Shown: positions 19,643 to 29,494 of the stretch, one piece after another
Numbering within the stretch: position 1 is the first letter of the stretch
How the letters are laid out: each line of letters starts with the position of its first letter
From: an uncultured Bacteroidales bacterium
GTDB taxonomy: Bacteria > Bacteroidota > Bacteroidia > Bacteroidales > ML635J-15
DNA length: 46,887 nt
Direction: 5' to 3'
Assembly: GCA_964407055.1 (NCBI GenBank)
Contig: CAYOUD010000001.1
Location: 11,838 to 58,724, forward strand
Position numbers and translations under genes: made by a program
Notes under the pieces: model-generated
The model's database searches: none
Told to the model about the DNA's origin: nothing
Seen by the model: the letters and a program-made list of their open reading frames with translations, nothing else

Positions 19643-20398
19643 TTGATACTATTGGAAACAACAATTAAAAAAGCAGCAGAATTAATTAGAAACTCCGGCT
19701 ATACCGTTGCATTTACCGGTGCAGGCATATCAGTTGAAAGTGGGATTCCTCCTTTTCGGGGAAACGATGGTTTGTGGTCAGAATATGATCCGATGATACT
19801 GGACTTAAACCGATATTACTATGGTAGCGAAGAAAGTTGGCCGGTAATAAAACGTTTGTTTTTTGATTTTTTTGGAAACGCAAAACCGAATACTGCTCAT
19901 TACGTATTAGCAGCATGGGAAGCAAAGGGATTATTGCAGACAATAATTACCCAGAATATTGACAATTTGCATCAGGAAGCGGGCAGCAAATCGGTTTATG
20001 AATACCATGGAAACTCACGACAGTTTGTATGTCTTGATTGTGGAAGAATTCAGGATTTGAAAAAAACGGTACTCTTAGATACAGCTCCACTTTGTCTTTC
20101 TTGCAATGGTTTATTAAAGCCTGATTTTATTTTCTTTGGAGAACAAATACCTGAGCCCGCAGCATCACAATCTATTATTGAAGCCAGAAAAGCCGATTTG
20201 TTTATTATCATTGGAACAAGCGGGGAGGTAATCCCGGCAAGTAATATTCCATTTCTCGCTAAAAAATCCGGGGCAAAAATTATTGAAATTAATACTGAGG
20301 AAGGACGTTTTACTCACTCCGTTAGCGATGTGTTCCTGCGGGGAAAAGCTGGAAGCATACTCCCCAAAATTCAAGAATATTTAAACCAGATATTATGA
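19643..20398 (+). CDS. cobB: NAD-dependent protein deacylase (Sir2/CobB family)
   Basis: GAGISVESGIPPFRG, TQNIDNLH, a zinc ribbon (CLDCG...CLSCNG) and IIIGTSG. The track start is a TTG, so the start position is uncertain. Confidence 0.85.
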   Translation: MILLETTIKKAAELIRNSGYTVAFTGAGISVESGIPPFRGNDGLWSEYDPMILDLNRYYYGSEESWPVIKRLFFDFFGNAKPNTAHYVLAAWEAKGLLQTIITQNIDNLHQEAGSKSVYEYHGNSRQFVCLDCGRIQDLKKTVLLDTAPLCLSCNGLLKPDFIFFGEQIPEPAASQSIIEARKADLFIIIGTSGEVIPASNIPFLAKKSGAKIIEINTEEGRFTHSVSDVFLRGKAGSILPKIQEYLNQIL

Positions 20399-21339
20399 AA
20401 ATTGTTTTTTTAGAATCCATTGGAATTAGTGCTCAGCAAGCAGCCGGATATGTTGAGAAATTTAAAAAATCCGGGCATGAGCTTGTCATTTATCCCGACA
20501 GAAATGAGGATCCGACGGAATTGGCAAAACGTGGTGCTGATGCTGATGTTATTGTCCTTAGTAATATTCCTGTGGCAAAATTTTTGCTTGAATCATGGCA
20601 AAATATGAAATATTTAATTGCAGCCTTTTCAGGGACTGATCATATTGATTTAGAATACTGCAATTCACACAATATAAAAGTCAGCAATTCCGCTGGATAC
20701 TCGAATGAATCGGTTGCTGAATTATCCGTAGGAATGTGTTTGAGTTTGCTTAGGGATATTCCTGCTGCCGATGCTCAAACCCGAAAACTATTGGGTCGAA
20801 ATGGGCTCATCGGAACAGAACTCAGCGGAAAAACCGTGGGGATAATCGGCACAGGACAAATTGGCTCCGTGGCTGCTCGTATTTTTTCCGGCTTTGGCTG
20901 TAAAGTGCTTGGTTATAATCGCCGTCAAGCGGATGGAGCATACTGGAAATACACTGATTTAGATAAAATCATCAAAACAGCTGATGTCATTAGTTTGTAT
21001 GTTCCCTTAACGGAAGAAACTAAAGCAATGTTTGGCAAAGCGGAGTTTGAACGTATGAAAACTAATGCAGTACTAATAAATTGTGCCCGCGGGCTTGTCG
21101 TGGATATGCCAGCTTTAAAAACAGCACTTGTTGAGAAACAAATTGCAGGGGCAGCATTTGATATTTATGAAACGGAACCTCCACTGCCGGAAAATCATCC
21201 GTTGTTGAATGCGCCAAACTGTTTACTCATGCCTCATATTGCCTATGCTACACATGAAGCGATGCAAAAACGAATATCCATTGTTTTTGAAAATATCGAA
21301 GCGTATTTGCAGGGGAATATTCTTCGTGAGGTAAAATAA
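20395..21339 (+). CDS. D-isomer-specific 2-hydroxyacid dehydrogenase (NAD-binding)
   Basis: GIIGTGQIGSVAARIF Rossmann motif, a CARG...VD segment, and a MPHIAYAT catalytic His region. ATGA overlap with the cobB stop. Confidence 0.85.
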   Translation: MKIVFLESIGISAQQAAGYVEKFKKSGHELVIYPDRNEDPTELAKRGADADVIVLSNIPVAKFLLESWQNMKYLIAAFSGTDHIDLEYCNSHNIKVSNSAGYSNESVAELSVGMCLSLLRDIPAADAQTRKLLGRNGLIGTELSGKTVGIIGTGQIGSVAARIFSGFGCKVLGYNRRQADGAYWKYTDLDKIIKTADVISLYVPLTEETKAMFGKAEFERMKTNAVLINCARGLVVDMPALKTALVEKQIAGAAFDIYETEPPLPENHPLLNAPNCLLMPHIAYATHEAMQKRISIVFENIEAYLQGNILREVK

Positions 21340-21381
21340 TTATTTAAGGTGCTGTTAATTAATGTTTTAACTTACTGCAAA

Positions 21382-21403
21382 CCATTTTTCTATTAACTCA
21401 AAT
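21382..21403. repeat. 22-nt intergenic motif CCATTTTTCTATTAACTCAAAT, copy 1
   Basis: Identical 22-mer also at 33056-33077. Confidence 0.9.
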
Positions 21404-21489
21404 CTGCACAAAGGGAATGGCATGAATTTTACGGGCTAACGCAGTCAAATTGTTTATTGTCTATGAAAAACGCTGAAAATCTTGATGCG

Positions 21490-21511
21490 AAAGAATTATT
21501 AGAAGTCCCCT
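21490..21511. repeat. 22-nt intergenic motif AAAGAATTATTAGAAGTCCCCT, copy 1
   Basis: 21/22 match to the reverse complement of 33172-33193. Confidence 0.85.
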
Positions 21512-21533
21512 AAAAATAATTCGAAGAAAACTA

Positions 21534-21567
21534 AACTTCTCCAAAGTTTTAAAACTTTGGAGAAGTT
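21534..21567. terminator. Intrinsic terminator: perfect 34-nt palindrome
   Basis: AACTTCTCCAAAGTTTT/AAAACTTTGGAGAAGTT followed by a T-rich tract. It lies 22 nt past the stop of the minus-strand gene 21589-22737. Confidence 0.6.
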
Positions 21568-21588
21568 GGTTTTATTATTTTTTTCGAT

Positions 21589-22737
21589 TTATTGCTGATT
21601 CAGAAATTCATCTAAATCTTCTTTGCTTGAGCTGAATTCAAACACATCTTTAACCTTGTAATAGTTTGATTTATCCGTAACGTAAGGAAATGCAAATTTT
21701 GCTAAATCCTGTTTTGAGCTCTCGTAGCTGAAACAATTTAAAATTCGGATAATTTGTTCGGTACGAAAACACTTTTTTAGCTTTATGATTTGCTGTGCAC
21801 TGCTAACGCGTGTGCTTTCAAAGCTTTCTTCCTTGAGTACTGCAATGATTTCATCCATTTCACGTGCCGGCACAAAACACTCACTGTTTGGATTCTCTAC
21901 AATGCCAGGTTTTTCATCTACTGCATGATTTTCAATAATGGGTTTCGGCTTTTCGGTATTTGCTGGTTCATGAAGCATTAAGATTTTCTGTTTGTAATAA
22001 TCGGTTTCAAGCATTTGTCTTACAAACAAAAAATTATCAATATCATAAATGTAATCATGTACGCCGGAAAACAATTTATACCGAATGTTTTCATCATCCA
22101 TATGACTTGCAAGTTTCATGATTTGTGAAACACTCAAACAGTATTTCTCTGCAAATTGAAGTGCATTGTTTAGCTTCCCGGTTGGGCTTTTTACATTGCG
22201 AACCTGCATTTCAATAATTTCAAATTGTTTGCTGTTGACAGGTTCGCTGCAATCTGCATTTATACTTCCCGAATAAGTTAATGCGTTAGGAAATTTTATG
22301 GGATCTTTAACATTGACAGGATCTTTATTTAACGTGATTTGAGCGTTTGTTGGTTTCGGTCTTGGTTTTTTCTCCATGTTTTTTGCATCATAAAAGCGAA
22401 ATGCGGTACTTCGCAAATCAAAACTATCCATAATCAGATAATAATCATTTGGATTAACAGCTCGCTCGTAAGCCTTTAAACTGAATTGCAGTTTCGTTTT
22501 ATCATTCGGCAACATGGCAGATATTTCTTTAATTTGCCGGCAAGTGAAGTTTTTACTGACAGTAAGTGCCATTGCCATTTCTACTTTTCCGGCAGGACTT
22601 TTTACCATTTGAATTCGTTCCAGATAAACCTCAAATTCATCTTGTTCAACAGGAGCCGGAACACGGTCAACTTGTGCCATGCTGATTAAATAAAGTCCGC
22701 TTAAAACAATTAGTAGTGCAATTTTTTTTATTGTCAT
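21589..22737 (-). CDS. Secreted protein with three DUF4476-like repeats
   Basis: Signal peptide, then three ~75-aa repeats of similar pattern (VKSPAGKVEMAMAL...CRQIKEI..., VKSPTGKLNNALQF...VSQIMKL..., ESTRVSSAQQII...TEQIIRIL...). Confidence 0.6.
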   Translation of the reverse strand: MTIKKIALLIVLSGLYLISMAQVDRVPAPVEQDEFEVYLERIQMVKSPAGKVEMAMALTVSKNFTCRQIKEISAMLPNDKTKLQFSLKAYERAVNPNDYYLIMDSFDLRSTAFRFYDAKNMEKKPRPKPTNAQITLNKDPVNVKDPIKFPNALTYSGSINADCSEPVNSKQFEIIEMQVRNVKSPTGKLNNALQFAEKYCLSVSQIMKLASHMDDENIRYKLFSGVHDYIYDIDNFLFVRQMLETDYYKQKILMLHEPANTEKPKPIIENHAVDEKPGIVENPNSECFVPAREMDEIIAVLKEESFESTRVSSAQQIIKLKKCFRTEQIIRILNCFSYESSKQDLAKFAFPYVTDKSNYYKVKDVFEFSSSKEDLDEFLNQQ

Positions 22738-22785
22738 TTTTTTCAGTTTAAAATCAAAATTTATGCCATCATTAATCTGTACTAA

Positions 22786-25700
22786 TTAGCGCATTACCGC
22801 AACAACACAGGTGCGTTTTTCTTGTTTACGGTTTCCTTGTAAATCAAAATAATCCAACAGGACAATGTAAATACCGGCGCCGGGATGCTGATTGTTGTTG
22901 TTCAGTCCATCCCATTGAATTACTCCTTCTGCCGCTAACATTTCATTCTCCGTCAGGTTTCTGACTAAGTGTCCGGCAGCATCGTAAATTGTGACGCTTA
23001 AAACATAACCTGATTGATCCATGCTGTAATGAATGTTCAAATAATCCTGATATGCGTCGTTATCAGGACTGATGCTTTCGGGGTTTAATTCAAAGGATGT
23101 GTTATGTTCGCCGTAAGCTTGATATTGCGAGTTTTTGTACGTTGGAGTGCCAAAACCAACTGATTCTGCAGCTGAATGCCAGTTGTTTTCATCGGCTGCC
23201 GGTTGGTCGTAGTCAATACGCTCCAGTGCAACACCTTTAACTTCTTTTAGTAATTGAAAATGCCAATCTTCATTATAATACATCTCATCAATTACCTGAA
23301 GATTGCGAGTGCATACTACTGCACGTCCCGAGCTGTTTGTGTAGCTTGGTAAATCATTAATTTCCAATAAGAGTTGCGGATTTTGGCAATAATAATCGCG
23401 TTCAACAGAAGCTATATTTTCGCTAATTACAACATGGTCGCCAGGGAAAATCATAAACCCGCTTTCTGTAATCGGATTGACTTTATCTATCATTAGAGAA
23501 TCATCCCGCGTTGCAATCCGTAAATCTGAAAGATTTATGAATTTTTCTGAACGATTGTACAACTCAACGTAGTCACTGCCTCCTGTTAAGGGGTTAAATA
23601 AAATCTCATTGATAACAATATCTTGTGGTTCAACACTGTCCGGTAAAGCAAAAATCGTATTTAAGCTTTCTTCAATTTGGTTTCCGACACAATCAGTAAT
23701 GCTGTCTGTCATTGTGAGTATATAGACTGTATGGGCTTCAAATTCAGATGAAAAAATCAATTCAATGGCATCCAGTCTGTTTGCCATTCGTTCGGCAGTT
23801 ATTGGTGTGCCAATGCTATTGTTTACATTAAACCGGGTTGGATCAGGTTGAAATTCCGGATGCAGCATTTCATTAAAATAAACCCGTAATGTGTCAGGTG
23901 CATGCACAATTGCCCGCAAGATATCGGGAGCATCATCATCCGAAACACTTGTTGCAACGGAATTTGGTTGCCCCGGAGTACCACCGGTTTCTGAAACGGA
24001 TTCTGCCCAGTTTTCTCCACCTGCACAAGGGTTATCAAGGTCTTTCATTTCCAAAGACCACCCGCCCTCTTGTTTGGTAGGACTTTGATACCAAGTTTCA
24101 CTGTAGTTGACAAAGTGGCTAATAATTCCTTGTGGACTCACGAGCTGCAATTCGCCATATGAATTGGTAAGGCTTGGCAAATTATTAACCCCAACTACAT
24201 TTTCTATGCCTGAAAAGTCATCCGTATAATCACGGTTTGTTAAGCAAACATATCCGTTTACCGGGATTTCAATTGCCGGTAATTCAACTTCTGTGCTTCC
24301 TCGGGAAAATTTCCATCCTGCGAGGTTTATTGGATATTCGGCTCGATTATACAACTCAATGTATTCAGCATCTGGCAGATAAACCCGCGGGCTTGGGTCT
24401 GCCATGATTTCAGTGATTAACACATCAAAATTATTAGCAATATAATTGATGAAATTAATTTCTGTATCCGGCATAAGATTTCCACACATATCAGAAATGT
24501 TTTGAATGGTAAGTGTGTAGGAAACATCTTCGAGAAATGCGGCTACAAATTGCAAGCGGATAGCGCGCGGGTCGTCTTCATCTTGTGTTATTAAAATTGG
24601 CTCACCGAAATCCGGACTTAAATTAAAATTGGAATAATCAAGAAGTGTTGTTGTATCGGGAACTTCACTAAAAGTTATTTTAATTTCATTTGCACTGGAA
24701 AGCTCCCAGGATAGAATTTCGGGGGCTTCGGTGTCAATATTTTCTCCAAAAATGGAATTTTGAGTGCCGGGAGTGCCTCCATCGGGGTTTTCACTTGCTT
24801 TCCAGTTACTCATACCGCTGCATGTATTATTCGGATCAATACGTTCTATACTCCATCCACCATCATCTTTATCCGCATCCTGATACCACTCATCGGTATA
24901 GTTAACAGAGGTAATTAGATTATCTTCATCATCTTGCAACTGAATATTCTCGCCACCATTAGTAGGTGAAATATTTATTCCCACAACATTTCCGTAGGCA
25001 GAAAATTCACCGGTAACATCTTCATCACAAATAATGAGATATCCGTTTGCCGGGATTGTTACCGATGGAAAAGATGTTTCACTTGATCCTTCAATGAGTT
25101 TCCAGTTTTCAAGATTTACAGGTAAATCCCTACGATTGTACAATTCCAAATATTCTTTTTCCGGTAAGCCGACGACAGGGGTTGGGTCAGCCATGATTTC
25201 ATTAAAAATGATATCATCGGCTTCAATAACAACAATTGCAAAGGAAAAGCTGCCTGACTCAATTGGGTTACCGACAATGTCTGTTAAGTTTTGATAATAG
25301 CAAGTGTCTTCCTGATTTGTGATGATGCTTTGATTTAAGCTTAAAATAATTGAGTTGGTTGAACCCTGTGCAAAATTTATTGTTTCAGGATTTCCCAAAC
25401 CGCCGCTGATTTGATAATTCATTGGATCAAGGCTTGTAAGCTCATCCATTGGTTCTGTAAAATTAATTTGAATTGCTGTATCATTGATTATTTCAAATGA
25501 TTCAAACTCCGGATTTGTATTATCTTGAAACTCAACTTGAGAGGATAAGGTTATATTTCCCAATAAGTCAGAAATATTTTCGGCAACTAAGGTGTAAAGG
25601 ATATTGGAAAATGTTGTGGTGGAATAAGTAAGCTGAACCTTTGAATAGGAACTTCCAACCTGTAAAACTTCATCAGGGATGCCAATCCCATTGTTAATGT

Positions 25701-26448
25701 TATAATTTGCAGAATTTAATGTTGTTGTCAAGTTACAAGGTTCTGAAAAAGTTACCTCAAGTTTATTAGTATCAACAATACTTGCTGAAAATATTTCAGG
25801 AGGAGTGTTGTCTTCTATAACCATAAAATCGTCAAAAAACATTTTATCCCACCGGGTTGATGTAAAAACACAATTTACACCGAAATAAAAACTGCTAATG
25901 TGTGTGTCATCAAAAACAGTTCCTTCTGTTACATAGTTTGTTCCGCCTAAGGTGTCAGAGAATAATGACCAGTTTCCGATATCATCGCGTGTTACTTTTA
26001 CGCGGACATTAACAGAGCTTGTGTTAAGCCTATCGTCAATTCCGTCAATAACTTTCGTTTTTGTTGTTCCACTTTGTTTGTAAAGGCTTACTTCGTCATC
26101 TGAATGTCCAATTCGAACAAAATATCCATCAACATTACCCGATAAATCTGATGTGTTTGAACTTAAATATATTTCCGTAAAATTTTGATCTGAGGAGTTA
26201 AAATCAAGTTTCACTAAAAAATCCCAGCTTGCATTTTCAATTGCTTCAGATTGGGTTGAAAGATACGCATTCCCACTTTCAGAGGCATCAAAAAGCTGTA
26301 ATTCATTACTTGCATTCACGGTAAATTTATCGGGTTCGCCGCCCCATGCAGGGTTGTCGGTGAAATCGCCGTCAGAAAAATCATCGGTAAATTGTCCCAT
26401 TAGTGGGAGTGAAAGGCTTGCAATTAGAATAAAAAGTAAATATTTCAT
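22786..26448 (-). CDS. Large surface protein with three lamin-tail (LTD) domains, Ig-like spacers and a type-B-like T9SS C-terminal domain
   Basis: Signal peptide. The unit (I/L)xxEI(M/L)xxP...YxELYNR...L..W occurs three times (IIFNEIMADPTP..YLELYNRRD, VLITEIMADPSP..YIELYNRAE, IVINEILFNPLTGGSDYVELYNRSE). The C-terminus ISPDNDAYQDYLNIHY...WDG...GIYIVLL resembles the gliding-motility CTD. Confidence 0.7.
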   Translation of the reverse strand: MKYLLFILIASLSLPLMGQFTDDFSDGDFTDNPAWGGEPDKFTVNASNELQLFDASESGNAYLSTQSEAIENASWDFLVKLDFNSSDQNFTEIYLSSNTSDLSGNVDGYFVRIGHSDDEVSLYKQSGTTKTKVIDGIDDRLNTSSVNVRVKVTRDDIGNWSLFSDTLGGTNYVTEGTVFDDTHISSFYFGVNCVFTSTRWDKMFFDDFMVIEDNTPPEIFSASIVDTNKLEVTFSEPCNLTTTLNSANYNINNGIGIPDEVLQVGSSYSKVQLTYSTTTFSNILYTLVAENISDLLGNITLSSQVEFQDNTNPEFESFEIINDTAIQINFTEPMDELTSLDPMNYQISGGLGNPETINFAQGSTNSIILSLNQSIITNQEDTCYYQNLTDIVGNPIESGSFSFAIVVIEADDIIFNEIMADPTPVVGLPEKEYLELYNRRDLPVNLENWKLIEGSSETSFPSVTIPANGYLIICDEDVTGEFSAYGNVVGINISPTNGGENIQLQDDEDNLITSVNYTDEWYQDADKDDGGWSIERIDPNNTCSGMSNWKASENPDGGTPGTQNSIFGENIDTEAPEILSWELSSANEIKITFSEVPDTTTLLDYSNFNLSPDFGEPILITQDEDDPRAIRLQFVAAFLEDVSYTLTIQNISDMCGNLMPDTEINFINYIANNFDVLITEIMADPSPRVYLPDAEYIELYNRAEYPINLAGWKFSRGSTEVELPAIEIPVNGYVCLTNRDYTDDFSGIENVVGVNNLPSLTNSYGELQLVSPQGIISHFVNYSETWYQSPTKQEGGWSLEMKDLDNPCAGGENWAESVSETGGTPGQPNSVATSVSDDDAPDILRAIVHAPDTLRVYFNEMLHPEFQPDPTRFNVNNSIGTPITAERMANRLDAIELIFSSEFEAHTVYILTMTDSITDCVGNQIEESLNTIFALPDSVEPQDIVINEILFNPLTGGSDYVELYNRSEKFINLSDLRIATRDDSLMIDKVNPITESGFMIFPGDHVVISENIASVERDYYCQNPQLLLEINDLPSYTNSSGRAVVCTRNLQVIDEMYYNEDWHFQLLKEVKGVALERIDYDQPAADENNWHSAAESVGFGTPTYKNSQYQAYGEHNTSFELNPESISPDNDAYQDYLNIHYSMDQSGYVLSVTIYDAAGHLVRNLTENEMLAAEGVIQWDGLNNNNQHPGAGIYIVLLDYFDLQGNRKQEKRTCVVAVMR

Positions 26449-26632
26449 GCTTATTGTATTTGTCTGATTATTATTTTCCGAAAATTAAAAAAAAGCCTCG
26501 GATATTCCCTTAAGATATAAAAAGTTTTTTAAACATTCAATTTTTTTACATTTGGCTTTTGATTTTTAAAATGGCAGGATAGAAAAATTTGCTTATTTTT
26601 AGTGATTGATTTAGGTTTTAAAAAGCGAGTTT

Positions 26633-27622
26633 ATGAAAATTGCGATTATAGGAGCCAGTGGATTAGTGGGACAGAAAATTTTGCAGGTAATGCAAGAGCG
26701 AGGTTTTCATGCAGATGAGATTTTACTGGCAGCCTCAGAACGTTCAGTAGGTAAGCAATTAACTTATAACGGAAACGCAATTACAATTTGTAGTATATCT
26801 GAGGTTTTGGAAAAATCGCCTGAAATTGCAATGTTTTCAGCCGGTGGTTCAGTATCAAAAAAATGGGCAGCGGAGTTTGCATCGCGTGGTTGTACGGTAA
26901 TTGACAATTCATCTGCTTGGCGTATGAATGCCGATGTTCCTTTAATTGTTCCGGAAGTTAATGCGGGTTTGTTAACAAAAACCGACAAAATTATTGCAAA
27001 TCCGAATTGCAGTACGATTCAGTTAGTGCATGTTTTGGCTCCCTTGCACAGGAAGTATAAACTTGAACGTGTTGTCGTGTCAACTTATCAATCGGTGACA
27101 GGGAGTGGAATAAATGGAATTGCTCAGTTGGATGCAGAACGAAAAGGGGAGACGTCACGTTTGGCATATCCGCACCAAATTGATTTGAATTGCCTTCCGC
27201 ATGGTGGCGATTTTCTGGAGAACGGATACACTTCTGAAGAAATGAAATTAGTAAATGAAAGCCGAAAAATTCTTGGAATACCTGCCTTTCGGTTGACAAG
27301 CACTGTAGTCAGAGTTCCGGTTAAAGGGGGGCATTCAGAAGCAGTAAATATTGAATTTAAGGAAACTCCCAATGTGGATGACATTCGGAAAATTTTGTCC
27401 GATGTGCCAGGAATTATTGTGCAGGACGATGTATCACAAAATCTATATCCTATGCCAATTCATTCTCAGGAGCGGGATGAAACTTTTGTGGGACGCATTC
27501 GTGCCGATGAATCAGAGCCAAAAGCGATTAATCTCTGGATTGTTGCGGATAATTTACGCAAAGGAGCTGCCACCAATGCGGTTCAAATTGCTGAATACTT
27601 GTTGAAAAATCGTTTGGTGTAA
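26633..27622 (+). CDS. asd: Aspartate-semialdehyde dehydrogenase
   Basis: MKIAIIGASGLVGQ N-terminus, an active-site NPNCSTIQL segment, and a C-terminal DNLRKGAA; 329 aa. Confidence 0.9.
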   Translation: MKIAIIGASGLVGQKILQVMQERGFHADEILLAASERSVGKQLTYNGNAITICSISEVLEKSPEIAMFSAGGSVSKKWAAEFASRGCTVIDNSSAWRMNADVPLIVPEVNAGLLTKTDKIIANPNCSTIQLVHVLAPLHRKYKLERVVVSTYQSVTGSGINGIAQLDAERKGETSRLAYPHQIDLNCLPHGGDFLENGYTSEEMKLVNESRKILGIPAFRLTSTVVRVPVKGGHSEAVNIEFKETPNVDDIRKILSDVPGIIVQDDVSQNLYPMPIHSQERDETFVGRIRADESEPKAINLWIVADNLRKGAATNAVQIAEYLLKNRLV

Positions 27623-28422
27623 TGGTAAAAAAGCGTAGAAAGCGTAAAACAATTAAAAACCAGCAATTGTATGTTGTGCTGGTTGTTTCTGTATTGGTCG
27701 TATTGGTCGTAATTGCTAATCCAAAAATACGAAATCGGGTTCGGGGTTTATTTTTAACCCATGCTGTGCCGAGTGTAAGCTTGTCTGAAAGCAAAAATGA
27801 ATTGATTGATTATACTGTGTTTGGTCTGGATGTGTCTAAATATCAGCATGTAGTGGTTTGGGATAAACTGAATTCAAATCACGATTTAGAATTTGTTTTC
27901 GTTCGTGCAACAGCAGGCACAGATTTGCGCGATAAATTTTTTACCTACAATTGGCGCAGTGCAACCGAAAATGAGTTGATTCGAGGTGCATATCATTACT
28001 ATCGCCCGAATGAAAACAGTATTGAGCAAGCGGAGCATTTTATTCGGAATGTGAAGTTGGAAACGGGAGACTTGCCTCCTGTGCTGGACATTGAGGATTA
28101 TTCAAACATTCAATCCTTAAATAGTTTGAAAACCGGCTTGTTGAAGTGGTTGCAGTTGGTGGAGGCACATTATGGTGTTAAGCCGATAATTTACACGTAT
28201 TATAAATATTACGATGCGCATTTAAAAGATGATTCGCGGTTTGATGAGTATCCGCTTTGGCTCGCCAGATATGGTCATGCATCACATTTTAAAGCTCCTG
28301 GTGATAAATGGGTTTTTTGGCAATATGCGCAGCATGGGCAACTTGAAGGTGTTGAGGGAGATGTGGATTTGAATGTGTTTTATCGGGATATTGAGCGCTT
28401 AGAATCACTTTGTGTCAAATAA
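27622..28422 (+). CDS. GH25 lysozyme (muramidase) with an N-terminal membrane anchor
   Basis: TM segment VVLVVSVLVVLVVIA, then FGLDVSKYQ, FVFVRATAG, GAYHYY and LDIE motifs of GH25. The start overlaps the asd stop by 1 nt. Confidence 0.8.
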   Translation: MVKKRRKRKTIKNQQLYVVLVVSVLVVLVVIANPKIRNRVRGLFLTHAVPSVSLSESKNELIDYTVFGLDVSKYQHVVVWDKLNSNHDLEFVFVRATAGTDLRDKFFTYNWRSATENELIRGAYHYYRPNENSIEQAEHFIRNVKLETGDLPPVLDIEDYSNIQSLNSLKTGLLKWLQLVEAHYGVKPIIYTYYKYYDAHLKDDSRFDEYPLWLARYGHASHFKAPGDKWVFWQYAQHGQLEGVEGDVDLNVFYRDIERLESLCVK

Positions 28423-28497
28423 AAACAGGATGTTTTTTACGGAATTTTAAGAAAGCTTATTGATTTTTTGTAAATTTGTCTTTTAAATTGTAAAAAG

Positions 28498-28752
28498 ATG
28501 TTATTACGTTTATTTTTTCTGTTTATCATATTTGTGTTCATCATGTACTTGTTGCTGCGTGTGGTTTTGCCTTATAAATTTCGGAAGATGTCACGCAATA
28601 TGAAAGAAGCAGCGAAGGAACGTGAACATGAATATCGGCAGCGCGGGAGAAAAGAAGGTGATGTGACGATTGAAAATCCCGGAAAAGACAAACACAAGCG
28701 TGACTACAATGATGGTGACTATGTTGATTATGAAGAAATAAAAGATGAATAA
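28498..28752 (+). CDS. DUF4834-like small membrane protein
   Basis: An N-terminal TM helix, a basic linker and a C-terminal GDYVDYEEIKDE tail typical of this Bacteroidota family (from memory). Confidence 0.55.
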   Translation: MLLRLFFLFIIFVFIMYLLLRVVLPYKFRKMSRNMKEAAKEREHEYRQRGRKEGDVTIENPGKDKHKRDYNDGDYVDYEEIKDE

Positions 28753-28768
28753 AGAATTCGTGATTTTT

Positions 28769-29488
28769 TTAATAATTCCCGATTCTCCGAGTTTTTAGTT
28801 TTGCATTGAGGTTTTCATGATTCCCGCCACAAACTTCATTCAGTTTTTCGTAAAATGCTTTCCCGTGATTTTTGTGAATAGTATGGCAAAGTTCATGTAA
28901 AACCACGTAGTCAATTAGTTCATCAGGAAGTTGCATTAAGTGAAGCGAGAAATTTAAATTATTTTTACCGGAGCAGGAACCCCAACGTGTTTTTGCTGAT
29001 GTGATTTTTGCGCTGCTAAAGTTGAAATTGTGTTTTTCTGCAAGGGCGGCAACCCGATGCGGAATATAAAGTCTTGCTTCATCACGAATTATTGCTTCAA
29101 GAAAGCTAAAAATCATCGCTTGGGTTTCTTCTGCCTTGATATCGATGGTTTTTGGAATATAAAGTTTGATGCTCGCTTCACCAATATTATAATGCACATT
29201 GGTTTTATCGGTTTGGTGAAAGGTAATTTTAGAGTGACGCGTATTAACAACCGTTTCAAAGTCAAAATATTTTCTGGTGGGCATTTGGGTTTTCAACCGT
29301 TTTTTCGCAGCAATAATTTTGTCTTTCATGTCTTTCATCACGGACTCTGCCTCTTTATAGCTTCCTCCCGGTGGAATACTGACGTGAACCGTACCGTTTT
29401 GATGAATCTTTAAGTTGTAGTTTCGTTTGGCTCGACCGTTTTTAGTCATTTGAACCAACCCAATCTCGTCAAGAAAAACTTCACGCAT
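28769..29488 (-). CDS. YgjP-like (DUF45 / M48-type) zinc metallopeptidase
   Basis: HELCHTIHKNHGKAF HExxH motif near the C-terminus, WGSCS upstream, 239 aa. Confidence 0.75.
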   Translation of the reverse strand: MREVFLDEIGLVQMTKNGRAKRNYNLKIHQNGTVHVSIPPGGSYKEAESVMKDMKDKIIAAKKRLKTQMPTRKYFDFETVVNTRHSKITFHQTDKTNVHYNIGEASIKLYIPKTIDIKAEETQAMIFSFLEAIIRDEARLYIPHRVAALAEKHNFNFSSAKITSAKTRWGSCSGKNNLNFSLHLMQLPDELIDYVVLHELCHTIHKNHGKAFYEKLNEVCGGNHENLNAKLKTRRIGNY

Positions 29489-29494
29489 ACTACC

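Noticed and set aside
19407-19664. 85-aa minus-strand ORF in the gap before cobB
   Set aside because: No recognisable motif or signal. It overlaps the cobB start region, and its composition is typical of a chance ORF in AT-rich DNA. It cannot be supported from sequence alone.
19643-20398. Sir2-domain protein as a possible anti-phage (Thoeris/DSR-type) effector
   Set aside because: It is a short canonical CobB-type sirtuin. The GAGIS..GIP.FRG, QNID.LH and CxxC...CxxC zinc-ribbon motifs are intact. It is translationally coupled to a metabolic dehydrogenase and has no fused sensor or effector domain, so it is housekeeping.
27622-28422. GH25 lysozyme as a prophage lysis remnant
   Set aside because: There are no neighbouring phage-type genes (holin, terminase, capsid, integrase). 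It overlaps asd by 1 nt and carries a membrane anchor, which fits a host cell-wall enzyme.
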